64,000 nt of DNA from positions 5,186,108 to 5,250,107 of the forward strand of contig BFEA01000021.1 in NCBI GenBank assembly GCA_003427395.1. The letters are read 5' to 3'. Position numbers and translations under genes: made by a program. Each line of letters starts with the position of its first letter. Positions within the stretch are counted from its first letter, which is position 1. Source of the stretch: Chara braunii (lineage: Eukaryota > Plantae > Charophyceae). The notes under the pieces are model-generated. The model was not told where the DNA came from, did not search any database, and saw only the letters and a program-made list of their open reading frames with translations. Positions 39,261 to 53,200 of this stretch are shown here, in pieces.

Positions 39261-40199
39261 ACATCAGTACCTCCGAGCCTCTTTTTCCAGATCCAGATTT
39301 CAGCTGCGAGCCAACAGAAGAAACAAATTGGCGCAGGTGCATTCGTCCTTTTCTTTTTTCCTGGACAAGCATTAACAGCCGCCTCAGCGCGAAATAGATG
39401 GGAAAGGTATACGTGGTTTAAAACTTCATTGAAACTGAAGAAGTGTTGGACGTGCTGGAATGAACGGGCCTTGAGCGCTGGCACAACTTCATTCAAGTGG
39501 AAACTTTGCGGCACTGTATCAATGGCTGGCAGAGCATGCATGCCTCGACCTACAGAAGCACTGGTAGTTTGAACCACCAGTGCACCAGGGCCTGCAGGCA
39601 CCTTACTGCGCACCAAGCTTTTCCAAACCGCCAGCAGCGCACTTCTTCTCTTTTCGGGCTGGCACCACCAGCCATCGTGGTCTGGTAGGCCGAGCCTCCA
39701 CAATTTTCATAGGCGACGAGTTTCTTTCTCAGCAAGGTCGGGGCCGTGTACTGGCGGTTTAAGGAAGTGGACTTCCAATCCTGATAACATTGTCAAGGAC
39801 CAATGGTTGGACAGGCACTTTCATTGTTGTTTGCCTCATTTCCATTCTTGGAGCATCGACCACCACTTCCGGAGAAAAGAGTGCCAGATTTGTGGTTCAA
39901 ACCATCAGTACCTGGAGGTCTCCAGACTCTCCACCACTCCTTTTTTCTTTGCCGCTTCGAATGAACGCAGACCCGTATCGCAGGCCGATTCATCCACATG
40001 CTATCTGGCACATTGTAACTGCTGGAGAAAGCGGTAGGTACTGGTAGTTTAAGCCACCAGTACTTTTGCCATACATCGGCCACAGGACCTGCCCGCCAAG
40101 CTTCCCGGATGCATCTAGCTGCCGCCGCCAGCCGGGTAGGGCCTCCGTGTTAACCGGCACACTATTTTTACTTTAGTGGGAAAGGTATTGGCGGTTTAA
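39261..40199. mobile_element. Cluster of about five ACCACCAGTAC-TIR MITEs, several abutting
   Basis: Units at about 39261-39417, 39422-39568, 39573-39758, 39901-40048 and 40053-40195, with shared TTAA/TTGA junctions. Confidence 0.7.
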
Positions 40200-41603
40200 T
40201 GCCTTGTTTCCAGTTTTGGCACCTCAACAACCTTCCTTGTGGAACACAGGGGATTCAGAGGCAGAAAGAGGGGTTCACAATGGGTGTGACAGCGGTGCCA
40301 GGTTGGAAGCGTGGTCAATACCCACACTGGAGGCAAGACTCTGAGCGCTTGACGTTTCCCTTTTTCAGGAAAAAAACATGGGGGTCTGTACAGGGCTGGC
40401 GAAAAAGAAGTCAAATGGGGAAAGGAAAGGGACGATTTGCATTTCGCGGCACTTTTGCCCTCAAATGCAAAATTCCTCTACGGATTGCTGTGTGCTATCT
40501 TTGTGGCAGGCTCCCCTCAGAACGTTTCATAGCTTTGCACCATCCCCTGGGCCTCCCACCGCCAGACCCGAGGGACCAATGGCTAAAAGTGTGGGTCATC
40601 CAGCATAGTCGAACTGACACCTGAAGAGCCAAACCAAAAGCATGTTGGGCCCAGTCAACAAGGGATAAGATCTGCACCACAGGGAGAGAATATAGGCCTC
40701 ACCGCATCGGTCACCAGAGTGGAAAATTGTTGGTGAATTCTCACCAAAGTGGAGAGGGCCTAAGAACTCCCCAAACTCATACATGGCCATAACACTCACC
40801 AAAACACGGAACACACCAATCGCACACAAAACACGGAACACACCAATCGCACACAAGGACAAACAAGTTCCTCGCGAGTGCCATGAAGTGGACCTCACTT
40901 CAACAGGAAATAACATTCTTGCCTGTACCTGACCCAACTGGCCGATAGATTCGCTCAAATGAAGTCCTCAGCCATTCCCAAATCTGATGAGTAAACCCCA
41001 TCACTAAAAACAAACCAGTCCAGACCGGCAGTATGGACTAGTCCCAACCTCGCTAAGGAAGTGGTGTGCCATTCCCAAGTCTAATATAAACCCCATCACT
41101 TGAAACAAACCGGTCCAGACCAGCAGTCAGGACCAGTCCCAACCTCACTAAGAGGTGGACCCCACAGCTTTGCGGTAACGCTCTGGAAGAAGATTTGTGA
41201 GAGCCCACATTCATCTGCACTGAAATTACGGGGCAGACGTTTCACTCAGTTGCATTTGCACGTTCCTCGCTGTACTGAGCTTCCTGAGGGAGTAGGGGNN
41301 NNNNNNNNNNNNNNNNNNNNNNNNNNNNNNNNNNNNNNNNNNNNNNNNNNNCCCTCAATACCATCCCATGTGGAAAGGGGAGCCAGGGATTGGGTGAGAA
41401 CTGAGACAAGAAGATGGGAAGCAGGTAACCAACAACAACAGGCTCGTCGAAAATCTGGGCTACGATGGGGTCCGGTTTCTCTTTCCAATCGACAGGACCT
41501 ACAATTTGGCTTTGGCGGAAGCTTTCCAGGCGCGAAGCTACCTCCAGGCAGTTGGGTCCACGCCTAAGGAAGTGACCTGCCGTTCCCAAATTTGGCAACT
41601 TAA

Positions 41604-44600
41604 ACCACCAGTACCTGGCCCAGCTATCGGCCGCGGCGCTTCCCGTATACGCGCCACGCCATTTGGGCTTCGGCCTGCCGGACCGCTTTGGCTGGAGGCC
41701 GCAGGCAAAACGAAAAAGAAAATTGCGACGGCGGTTGGGCAGGCCTTGGCACGCAGCGTGCTGGGAGGCTCGGATTCAATAGCTGAGCGAGGTACTGGTG
41801 GTTTAACCTCGTCACTACAAAATCAGTACAGACCAGCAGTCTGGGCCGGTCCCAACCTGACCAAGGAAGTTGCCGGCCAAACCTCCTACCAATTTTTTTT
41901 TTTTTAAATTGCAGTTGGGGAAGTTTCCGGGTTTGTGAGAGCTCGCAAAATGAGAACCGCTCCATGTCTGACAACTTTCTGACATCTCAAACTTGGGTTA
42001 GTGGCGCGGCGGCCACTGCCTGACCAAAAGACAGGCTTGCATGGCGAGGCCCAAAAATGGAGTGAAATTGCTGCACTACCATCCCCTGTCCCAAAAAATT
42101 GTAGAGTCCTTGGAGAGCTGTCGGACTATCCAAAAAGCAAAAACACAATCACCGCTCCACTTACTTTCAACATAAGGACTCTCCGAATCGACAAGAACTT
42201 GGAGAGCACAAAAAAACATCTGCAAGCCCCAGTTTGTCCGCCCAGACTTGAGGTGGACTCCCTTACTTTGGGCATCCATTGGCCTCCCACACTTGGACTT
42301 GCAAATCACAGTTTTTGCAGGCAGGGAGGTCTTAAACCACCAGTACTTGGCCAAGCTATCGAAGCCAAGCCTCCCAGCCCCCTGAGCGCCAAGTCCTACC
42401 GAACCAACGTCGTTAAATTGTTTTCATTTTGGCTGTGGCCCGCTTTTTTGTTTTCATTTTGAATGTGGCCTCCAGCCAATGCGGTCCGGTAGGCCAAAGC
42501 CCGAATGCCGCAGCGCATTAACAGGGAAGCACCGCGGCCAATAGCTGGGCCATGTACTGGTGGTTTAAGCTTTGTGCCTTTCAAGGTTGTGCTCCAACAC
42601 GAAAGGACTCTCTGAATTGACGAGTACTCGGAGCACAAAGAGACATCTGCAAGTCCTGGTTTGTCCACCAAGACTCTAGGACTCTCGGATTTTGGACACT
42701 CGTGGGCCCCTCTCGGCGAGGACTCTCCAAATAACAGCTTTTGCAGGCGGGCAGCTCTCCAAGCTTGGAGAATGCCTTTCAACGACGTGTTGTGACAGCT
42801 CTCCAAGTGTTTTTCCACCCCGAAATAGAGTAAGCGGAGCGATGGCCCACTATCAAATTTCATGTGTGAAGAGCAGTGGAGCAAGACCAAATATTCCAGA
42901 GAAAAAACACTGAAATTGTTTGCAGAAAAGTTAGTCTGTCAACATCTCGCCGTTCTCCTATCAAATGTTTCCCAAAACGGCAACTACCACACATCCCCTT
43001 TTCTAGAGGATGAACAAACTCCTGTATACAAGGCGACCTTTTCCATCCTAGAACAAAGTTCTGTATACAAGGTTACCTTTTCCATCTAATGCAGCCACTA
43101 TGCCCCAGCTATGTCCGGCCCGAACAGGCCTCAGGTGCAGTGCCATAGACCATTTGAGGCCTCTAACAGCCCCATTACATCAACGATGATATGATCTCCT
43201 AGTTAGTGATATATTGGCATGCAGACCTGACAAGGTGCCTTTTCGTTTTCTTTGGGGCCCTTCGCGGCAGGTATATCAAGAAAAAATTTGTCAGGCCTTG
43301 CAAACTTGGGATTCCCTTTTCCGACTCATTTTTTGACACTTCCCCAAAAGAGCACACTCCCAGACCAGTCCTCCCATGAAAGTTGGTCAGTACTCTAAAC
43401 AGCCAGTACTTCGGCCATATATCGGCCGCAGGAAAAAAATCGAGTGGAAACATTTCCAGTCCGATGAATTTGGGCGCTTTCCGTGTGGCCCATTCGTTCA
43501 GCCCGTGGCCGGCGCGTTAGCAGGTACTGGTGAGATCCGGGGCACGGCAGTTAACACGGAGGCCCAATTCTGCCTCCGGCGCCGACCAGATCCATCGGCC
43601 GCGCTTGGCCCGCAGCGCCCGCGGCCAATATATGAGAAAGGTACTGGCAGTTTAAACCATCAGTACTACCTCGTCCAGCTATTGAAGCCTACCCGGAAAA
43701 TGCCCTGTGTGCCAAAGAAAAACGAACCGGCGCGGGCCTCATTTGGCTGGCGCCAAACCAGCCATTTTGGTCTGGTACCCCGACCCTCAAAAGTTGCGGC
43801 CGTCCAGGGACACGTATTTGTTTTTCAAGTGGGGAAAGGCACTGGTGGTTGAAACGTTTTTGTGTGTTGTTTGGCCGAACAGTGATCACAATGGGTTTAT
43901 ATGAGCATGCTGGAGATACAATTTTGGGAAAACTAGCACGCAGTCACAGTTTCAGTTTGAAAATGCATTCAGTCACGATTTCACAAATGTTGAGTCAAAG
44001 CGAGGAAAATCGTACATATACACAACCTAGCTTTAGGATTGGGTGGGGATGTATTGTATTCGAGGGATGCCTGAAGTGGATTTTTAACTGAAATCGTGAC
44101 TGCACCCTGGTTACCCCCACAATTTTTCATTGGTCCTTAAAGGTGCTCTGCAACACCTGTGTATTTCACGCGTTGCACACTCACAACCTAAGGGGCTCAC
44201 ACTAAGCAATGCGGAAGGAATCTTCGGACACCTTGCAAATTGGGTTTGCCCTCGAAACCACGAGGTTGTGTAGGGAATGCAGAAGGCAAAACGAAAGTGA
44301 AACACACAAGGCAAAACGAAATTCACAACTTACAGGCTTGGAACCAAAAGGGCTCACGAACCCAGGCGAAAGGAATTTTCTGACAGCTTGCAAATGGGTT
44401 CCCCCACAAGATGTCCCGAGGAAACAAAAGAGAATCAATGGGCCTCACGCCCCTACTCGGCTGAGCAATTTTAGAGAGTGGAGCATCGCTCCACTTGCTC
44501 TCAGCCCGTCCACTCCCGAAATTTGATTAAGAGTTGTCAGAGAGAGGCCTTTCGAGAGGCTCACCATTTTTTCAGAGTCTGCAGCCTGCAGCACTCTCAA

Positions 44601-45254
44601 AAGTCTAGAGTGCTCTTCGGACCCTCAACTCCCAACATACAATCATGAGTGGTTAGTTCTTTTCTTTTTCGAGTCTGACAGCTCTCGATTCACTTTCGGT
44701 TTTGGAAATGAATTGAGAGTGGTGGAGCGAGGTCCAAACCTTTCTCCTCTTTTTTAAAACCACCAGCACTTCGCCCATAAATCCACCGTGGGCCCTTGAC
44801 ATTAAACCACCAGTACTTGGCCCAGCTATCGGCCGCAGAAAAAATAGAGTAGAAACGTTTCTAGTTGGATGAGTTTGGGCGCTCCTGTAGTGTTAACGGG
44901 CACGACTTTAGCAAGTACTGGTGGTTTAAACCACTACTACACAGCCCCAGCCTTCCAGGCCGAAACATCAAACCTTGGCCCTGCTGTTGATAAATTGGAT
45001 CGGTGGTTGCATTTCCATTCCGCGCTTCCAGAATTCAAAGTTTCAGGCCCGCGGATCAGGTGCCCATGTCCCGGTGCTTTAAGGCGCCACTTGAACCGCG
45101 CTTTAGGGCTACCGGATCACAATAGCTGGGCAGCCGCTTCAGCCGAGCTTTGAGGATACCGGATCACAATGGCTGGCAGTGCGGAAAACAATTGTCACGC
45201 CGGGAGTCTGACAAAGCTTGGTGCGCAGGGCATTTGCCCCAGAAGACTGGTGGT
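41604..45254. mobile_element. Cluster of ACCACCAGTAC-TIR MITEs
   Basis: Units 41604-41802, 42336-42564, about 43535-43651, 43656-43849, 44806-44925 and 44930-45254, each with TIRs and mostly TTAA flanks; other repeats are interspersed. Confidence 0.78.
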
Positions 45255-47028
45255 TTAAAGGGCGACAGCCTTGAGGTATCATCAGGACCCAGGTAATTTA
45301 GAATTATTTTATTCTGACCGAGCCGAAGTTAAACAGAGATGTTTTCCAAGCCAATCGCGCCCGCGCCGTCGGTTAGCGCAAAAAAGCGCTGCGCAACTTC
45401 GCGCTAGCGCCCGGCCAAGGCCCACGGGCCGACGCCAACTGGAAACCGCCAACGTCGCCTTCCCGCCCATCCGCCCGCGCGCCTCGCCAGCCCAACTTTG
45501 AACTGTTCGAAGTAGGGCGGCAACGGCCGCCATCGCCACGACAGGGTGGAAACACCCTGATCAAGCGCGCGCCCAGCGCGCGTCCCATCACCAACAGGGT
45601 GGAGACACCCCGTTCAAGGCATAGCCGCGAAGGAGAAGCAATCTATCCCTCCAGCTCATGCCGACCTGACACCTGTAGCGCCCGGGGCGCTCGATCAGGA
45701 GGAGATATCCAGTCCGACATCTGGCCCGAGATAGCAGGCCAGCAACTACGACCTCCCGGGACCTTGAAAGGAGCGACATCACTGCGACACGCAGGCAGGA
45801 CGTCATCCCGTCTATACTCCAGGAGCAGAAGAAGAGGAGGATCAGCTGCAGCTGCATGGAGGCCACGAAACAGCAGTCGAGTATCAAGACTAAGTGAAGT
45901 CGACTAACACCAGGCGTCTTCTCCTCCTATCCTCACCCTACGCCCAACCTTCTATCTTTCCCCTGCACATCCCATACCCTCCTCCTCCATATCCATCTAA
46001 CCCCAGCGTCGATCCCAACTCGACTACTCTCCCACAACCTTCTTCCACATCCACCCAACGCTCGGACCTAGTCCAGCGAAGGGTCCGTGACATTCCCCNN
46101 NNNNNNNNNNNNNNNNNNNNNNNNNNNNNNNNNNNNNNNNNNNNNNNNNNNNNNNNNNNNNNNNNNNNNNNNNNNNNNNNNNNNNNNNNNNNNNNNNNNN
46201 NNNNNNNNNNNNNNNNNNNNNNNNNNNNNNNNNNNNNNNNNNNNNNNNNNNNNNNNNNNNNNNNNNNNNNNNNNNNNNNNNNNNNNNNNNNNNNNNNNNN
46301 NNNNNNNNNNNNNNNNNNNNNNNNNNNNNNNNNNNNNNNNNNNNNNNNNNNNNNNNNNNNNNNNNNNNNNNNNNNNNNNNNNNNNNNNNNNNNNNNNNNN
46401 NNNNNNNNNNNNNNNNNNNNNNNNNNNNNNNNNNNNNNNNNNNNNNNNNNNNNNNNNNNNNNNNNNNNNNNNNNNNNNNNNNNNNNNNNNNNNNNNNNNN
46501 NNNNNNNNNNNNNNNNNNNNNNNNNNNNNNNNNNNNNNNNNNNNNNNNNNNNNNNNNNNNNNNNNNNNNNNNNNNNNNNNNNNNNNNNNNNNNNNNNNNN
46601 NNNNNNNNNNNNNNNNNNNNNNNNNNNNNNNNNNNNNNNNNNNNNNNNNNNNNNNNNNNNNNNNNNNNNNNNNNNNNNNNNNNNNNNNNNNNNNNNNNNN
46701 NNNNNNNNNNNNNNNNNNNNNNNNNNNNNNNNNNNNNNNNNNNNNNNNNNNNNNNNNNNNNNNNNNNNNNNNNNNNNNNNNNNNNNNNNNNNNNNNNNNN
46801 NNNNNNNNNNNNNNNNNNNNNNNNNNNNNNNNNNNNNNNNNNNNNNNNNNNNNNNNNNNNNNNNNNNNNNNNNNNNNNNNNNNNNNNNNNNNNNNNNNNN
46901 NNNNNNNNNNNNNNNNNNNNNNNNNNNNNNNNNATCAAAGAGGCCGAAATCCTTCCATCAACAGCGTTCAAGGGGCTAGACCACAAGCCCATCCAACTGC
47001 TGCTCAACTTCAATGGACCAGTGGAAAC

Positions 47029-47066
47029 CTGTCTCTTATACACATCTAGATGTGTATAAGAGACAG
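47029..47066. other. Nextera mate-pair junction adapter (artefact)
   Basis: Exact CTGTCTCTTATACACATCT+AGATGTGTATAAGAGACAG; the preceding 46935-47028 duplicates ORF2 sequence at about 51071-51164. Confidence 0.98.
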
Positions 47067-47331
47067 GCCACATTCCCCGTGACAGCCCACCCCAAAAAAC
47101 ACCCCGCAATTTATACATCGCACCACTCAATCCCAGATTCAGAAAAGGGAAAAAGTAAAAGAAAAGGAGAAAAGAAAAGAGTAAAAACGAAAAACAAGCC
47201 TCAGACGTAAAAAAGGGGGAAATACTGAAGAAAAGCAAAAACAAATCAGACAAGTAGGCCAGCAGGGACATAAACCAACAGCAAAAGCGTGAAAGTGGAA
47301 TACGGCAGCCGGACCCTCCTCCACACAGACC

Positions 47332-50035
47332 ATGATGGCCACATCAGCACCAATCACATCCCAGCGCCGCTTCTCATCAGTAGTGGCGTACAACGCAAAA
47401 AGTGCAGACAAAAACATGCAGTCAAACGGTGCACTGGTCGACCACGAAACCCTCCGCTTTTTACTAGAATCACCGCAAATTAAGGGAGAGAAAATAATAA
47501 AGAAGGTTCAGCAAGAAGGGGAAGAAAAAGAAATCACGGTCTGGTGCTACCCGAAGGAAAAAATTGAATCGACCAACGCAATGTACGCGAAACACGGGCT
47601 AGTTTTCACTTTCTCCAACACAGGGGCCCACCTTCCAGAGATAGAAAAACGCAAATGGATTACAAGGACAGTGCAGGGACACGAGAATCTCAGATCCAGC
47701 ACGGACAAATTCTCCATACTGGCACTCAGCAGAAACATGATGATGGTCGTCTTCAAGGATGCCGATCAGGCATCCAACCTGATCAACAGACACACCACCC
47801 TGAACTACAACGGGTCAGTGTGTTCTCTGTCCCGTTGGAAACAGGAAACAGCACTGAAAGCCATGGTTTCCCCGGCAACTGCGCAAAAACAGCGACTCAT
47901 GAGGGACCAATTCTGGGTCCAGTTTGATAACATCCCGATTAGAGGGCACCCACTAATCAAGGACCGACTGGAGGTGGAATACCCAAACAACAAAGTGTTG
48001 AAATGGGTACTTCCAACTCCGGAATTCCTGGCCCCACACTGTGATTAAACACGGAATCAAACCCCGAATTCCCTGAAGAATGGGAATTTTGCATAGGGGA
48101 GGAAGCATCTTCGGTAACAGTCTCGACGAAAGATGCCCCCATCTGTTTCAGGTGCAGAGAAAGAGGACACCTGGGCATAGACCCAGCGTGCCCGAGATCC
48201 CCAGAACACTCCAAAGAGAAGAAACTGAGACAGAACATGCTTGTGGAAGTCGAAGAAGCAAAGGGAATATGGTTCGTTAACGACCAGGACTACAACGGGT
48301 GGGTCTTCGACGACACCATCCACGACCCGAAATGGATCTGAACATACAACACGAACCCATCAACAAAACAGCCAGACATATTCCCCCCCTCTGACAGCAG
48401 ATGGCACGCAGTGGGAGCAAAGAAAGTAACAGGTATCCCAGGAAAAATCCACAAAGATCAGATCATCGACCCAAGAGCGATCAGGGAAGAGAAAAAACAT
48501 GAAGATTTGTTGTGGGACATGGAGACAATCAGGACCAAGACAGCAGAAACATGCCTTAACACCAACCTGGACAACGACACCCTGCTGCAGGAAGCGAAAC
48601 AAGCCCTCGAGCACCGCCACCCCAAACCAGAGCCCCCCCCCGCTCTCAAGCGGAATGCCTCTCCCTACAACAAGAACTCCCAAGAGGGCAGGGCAGGTCA
48701 GAAGAGAAGGGCAACGGAGGACGGATCAGGTAAGACTCTCGAATCTGAACTCCCCCCCACCGACGACACCCCCCCTGGGACAGACCCGAACTCAACGAAT
48801 ATGAAAACAGGAACGGACACCTCACAAAGCAAAGCAAGCCCCATTCCTTGGCTCGAACAGTACCTGCAGCGAGCAAAATACGAAAGGAGGAAAGAATTCA
48901 ACGTTAGGCTGGCATGCATGAAACACTTGGAAAAGACAGGGAAGCCAGCCAAGGGAAAAGCAGTGGCCGGAATCCCACAATCCAAGAACTTTTTCGATCT
49001 GCTGCGCATGAACTCTGAGCTCTCGGAGTTCAGCGCCTTCAGATATTACGAAAAAAAGAGAGAAAGAGAATTTGCTGGGACAGACAGCACCACAGGCTTC
49101 GATCCCCAAACTTCGACAGACTCCATCAGAGACATGGTTTCCAAAAACTGGAAACCATCGAAGGGAAGGGACAAGAGGCCAAAGGATCCCCCCAAGGACG
49201 AGGCACGCAACAAGAACGAACAGCGCAGACTCACGCAGGACATTGCAACAGTGGCAGCACAGACAAAAGGTTGTTCGACCAGAACCAGGACTACAAAAAG
49301 GAGCAAGGAGAGAAGCTCATAACAGTTCGGATGATCGCGGAGAACAAGGCGCCCGACGTCCCCAAATCAGCAAGAGATGATAGGAGGGCGGTAAGACCGC
49401 TGATCCCAGTTAGGTTCAGAAACAAATTCAATGAGTGGCAGGTGGCCACAGACGCAGCGTTCACGATCCCCACCCTCGACGACGACAAAGCCCTGGCCAA
49501 GAGCATCAGGGACAGTATCTCAACGGAGGTCCCACTGGGGGTGTTCGAAGTTCCGCCACGGGAGCAAACAGTCGAAGGGAAGGCGCGGGGTGAACTGATC
49601 CTCACTCCCTTCGATCCCATCTTGGCCAAGCTCGACGAGAAAGCCAAACTATGCGAAGGCCTGACATGGAGAGCCTGGGACACGATCACGATGCTGCCAT
49701 ACAACGTGCTGAACGGAAGGTTTAGCACAACCGACATCATCGCAGACTCGCTGGCCGACATCATCAGGACCCGCATACTGACCTCCAAGACCTCGCTGCA
49801 GGACGAGGCGACCCCCATCGAAGTGGATATGGGGAGGGAAGAATCAGACATGGATGACAACGAGGAAGACGATATGGATGTGGGCGACAAGATCTCCCCT
49901 GGGGGAGACGACGCAGGGGCTGCCTCGACTACGGAGAGCAGCGCTGGCGAGTACAGCCTGGGATCCTCAGCGACAAACGAGGACAGCAAAGACGAGGACA
50001 CCGACGGCAGCAAGACCCAGGCAGCAGTGGACTAA
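47332..50035 (+). pseudogene. LINE ORF1 (gag-like), split by frameshifts
   Basis: Consecutive + ORFs 47332-48048, 48411-49322 and 49271-50035. The alternate frame at about 48140-48195 gives CFRCRERGHLGIDPAC (CCHC knuckle). Acidic C-terminus. Confidence 0.75.
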
Positions 50036-50134
50036 TAACTCACCATCGGTAAAAATGGACAGCAAACTCTCAAAGCACATACCAAACAAACGAACAACAA
50101 TCTGAATTAAGAAGGTAACACCGTAACAGGAATG

Positions 50135-50168
<34 letters not shown>

Positions 50169-50242
50169 AAACAAACAAACAAACAAACAGATACCAATGC
50201 AGAACCCCGCAAGGAGCAGAACGGGCAGGAACGCCCACCAAG

Positions 50243-53200
50243 GATAGACTGGTACGCTAAGGGACTCCAGGTAGTAAGCTGGAACGTCAACGGCTTGGGC
50301 AACATACTAACTGAGGAAGACAAGCTAAGGGATATCCGAACAAGCTTGGTGAGTAAAGACCTCCCCAGACCCGACCTCATACTTCTCCAAGAGACTCACT
50401 TGTCCAATCTGCACAACCACCAGAAGATACAACAAAAAATGGAGAGAATGTTAGGAGGTTGTGCTTTCGCACTGTGGACCAACAAAGAAGGCCAGAGCAA
50501 TAAAGGGACGGCAATNNNNNNNNNNNNNNNNNNNNNNNNNNNNNNNNNNNNNNNNNNNNNNNNNNNNNNNNNNNNNNNNNNNNNNNNNNNNNNNNNNNNN
50601 NNNNNNNNNNNNNNNNNNNNNNNNNNNNNNNNNNNNNNNNNNNNNNNNNNNNNNNNNNNNNNNNNNNNNNNNNNNNNNNNNNNNNNNNNNNNNNNTGGGT
50701 GGACATCAAATGGCAAGAAGAAGACGTGAGAATAATCAACATGTATGCACCTAACGCGGAATCCGTCAGACTGACTTTCTTCGAGAGTATCAAAACTCTA
50801 ATCCCAAAACACCAACCCGTTGTCATCGCAGGGGACTGGAACACCACCCTGAACCCAAACCTGGACCGGATATCAAGAGCAGCTTTAATGGGACCCACTA
50901 GAGCAGGTACCCAAATCCGGAATCTGATGACCGAGTTTGAACTCATCGACCCCCTCAGATCACTGTACCCAGCCAAAAAAGTTTTCTCCCGGATAAGGAA
51001 AAATCAAGCCAACCGGACATCCCTGTCCAAGATAGACTTTTTCCTCATCTCCGAGAGCCTACTCGGCACAATCAAAGAGGCCGAAATCCTTCCATCAACA
51101 GCGTTCAAGGGGCTAGACCACAAGCCCATCCAACTGCTGCTCAACTTCAATGGACCAGTGGAAACAGGCCAGGGGTTTTTCAGACTGAACAACTCCCTCC
51201 TAAAAACCGGAAGAATGGCTGAGGCAGTCAAAGAAAACTGGGCCCTCAACAAACAGCGTGAATCCAAACAGACGAATAGCCATCAATGGTTCATTGATAG
51301 TTATGCAGACCTAACACAGACGGTATCAGCGGAATCCCGAGAAACCGCCAGAGACCGCAAGAAGAGAAGGGAAGAACTCCAACTTGCAATAGTTGTCGCA
51401 GAAGCAAATCTGGCAGAAGACCCCTCCAGCAGATTTTATCAAGAACTACTCGACGACACCAAAGAGGAACTGAATGAGTGGAGAAGATGGGAACTGAGAG
51501 GTCTGCAGATCAGAGCGAGGATGACAGACTACACACTTAATGAATCCATGACAAAATTCTTCTTCGCCAAAATAAAAGCGAACGCAAGGAACAACATGAT
51601 AGAAGTTCTCCAGGATCCAACAAATTCCGGGAACATTAAAACAACAGGCCCACAGATGGTAAGGATAGCAAGATCACTCTACGCAGAATTATACGAATCT
51701 AAGACACCATCACCCCCGACCACAGCGAACACAGCAGCTCGACGGCTAATGCTCTCGTATCTCGACAAGACAATCTCGACTAGTCAGGCGAAAGACCTGG
51801 ACGAACCCCTGACCCTGGCGGAACTACACACAACTCTGACCCAAATGGGAAATGACAAAGCTCCGGGCATAGACGGGCTCACCAAAGAGTTTTGGAATTG
51901 CTTTTGGCCGACCCTGGGAAAAAACCTGCTAGACTTCTTCAACGAAAGCTTGCGCAGAGGAGGCCTAGGAAAAGAACTGAGTACCAACGTGGTCTCACTG
52001 CTGTACAAGAAGGGAAACAAAGAAGACTTGAAGAATTACAGACCCATTTCCCTCTTAACCACGCCCTACAAAATCCTAGCCAAGGCACTCGCGAACAGAA
52101 TTACAAAGCTAACAAACAGCTGCTTTCACATAGATCAAGCAGGCTTCATCCCAGGAAGGTACATCCTAGACAATGTAATGACCCTGAACGAGGCAGCAAA
52201 AAAGATCACAGAAAAACGAATAAAAGCTGCAATCTTATTCTTCGATTTCGAGAAAGCCTACGACCAGGTCAATTGGGATTTCCTCCACTTATGCATGGAA
52301 AAAATGGGGGTAGGCCTGTACTTCAGGAGTTGGGTCAGAATACTGTATGCTGACGCAAGAGTCCAGGTCAACAGAATCCTATCCGACACCTACCCCATCT
52401 CGCGATCTGTCAAACAAGGCGACCTACGGGCCCCTCCCATTTTCCTTTTCATCATGGAAGCCATAGCCTCCTTCCTCCGTAAAGACCCATCCATCGATCG
52501 CCTCACTGAACGGAATTCCAACCCGCTACACGACTTCGCCCTTCCCACTACACTCATGTTTGCCGACGACCTCACTGTCTTGATTCGCGCCAACAACAGC
52601 TCCTTCCAAGCCCTAGTAAGGGCAATGGAAGCCTTTAGACTAGCCTCAGAAATGAGGGTCAACTGGAACAAAATCGAAGGTTGGTGGCTAGCGGAGGGCA
52701 CCCCCCCTCAACCATCAGACATAACCACACCGATGACATGGACCACGGGAGAGCAAGCATTAAGGTTTCTAGGCATCATGATCAACAAGGAAGGGGTATG
52801 GCCAGGAATGGGCCAAAATCTAATTGCTAGGACAATCACCCGCCTGGCCCAATGCAAGAGCGCGCAGGCCTCTCTAATCGGACGGGCGTTACTAATTAAC
52901 ACAGCTATCTTCTCCACACTGTGGTATATGGCTTCCATCTGGTCCCCCCCTGACGACGACATCAAAAAATTGAAGAGCAAGGTGAGATGTTATCTGTGGA
53001 CAGGCGATCCTAACAGGACCACCTGTATAAACAGGGTGGCGTGGAANCACATCACCAGAAAACCACAGGAAGGGGGCCTCGGGATCATCGACCCCAAACA
53101 GGAATCCATAGCATTGCAGATAAAATGGATCCTCAAGATCTTGACTAGACAATTCCTNCCGTGGACCCAGATGGCGCTTGACANCANCANAAACCTAGCC

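Noticed and set aside
47029-47066. Perfect 38-bp palindrome resembling Tn5 ends or an operator
   Set aside because: It is the Nextera junction adapter, a library artefact.
45894-47271. Long ORFs in the ORF track
   Set aside because: They consist mostly of N-gap codons.
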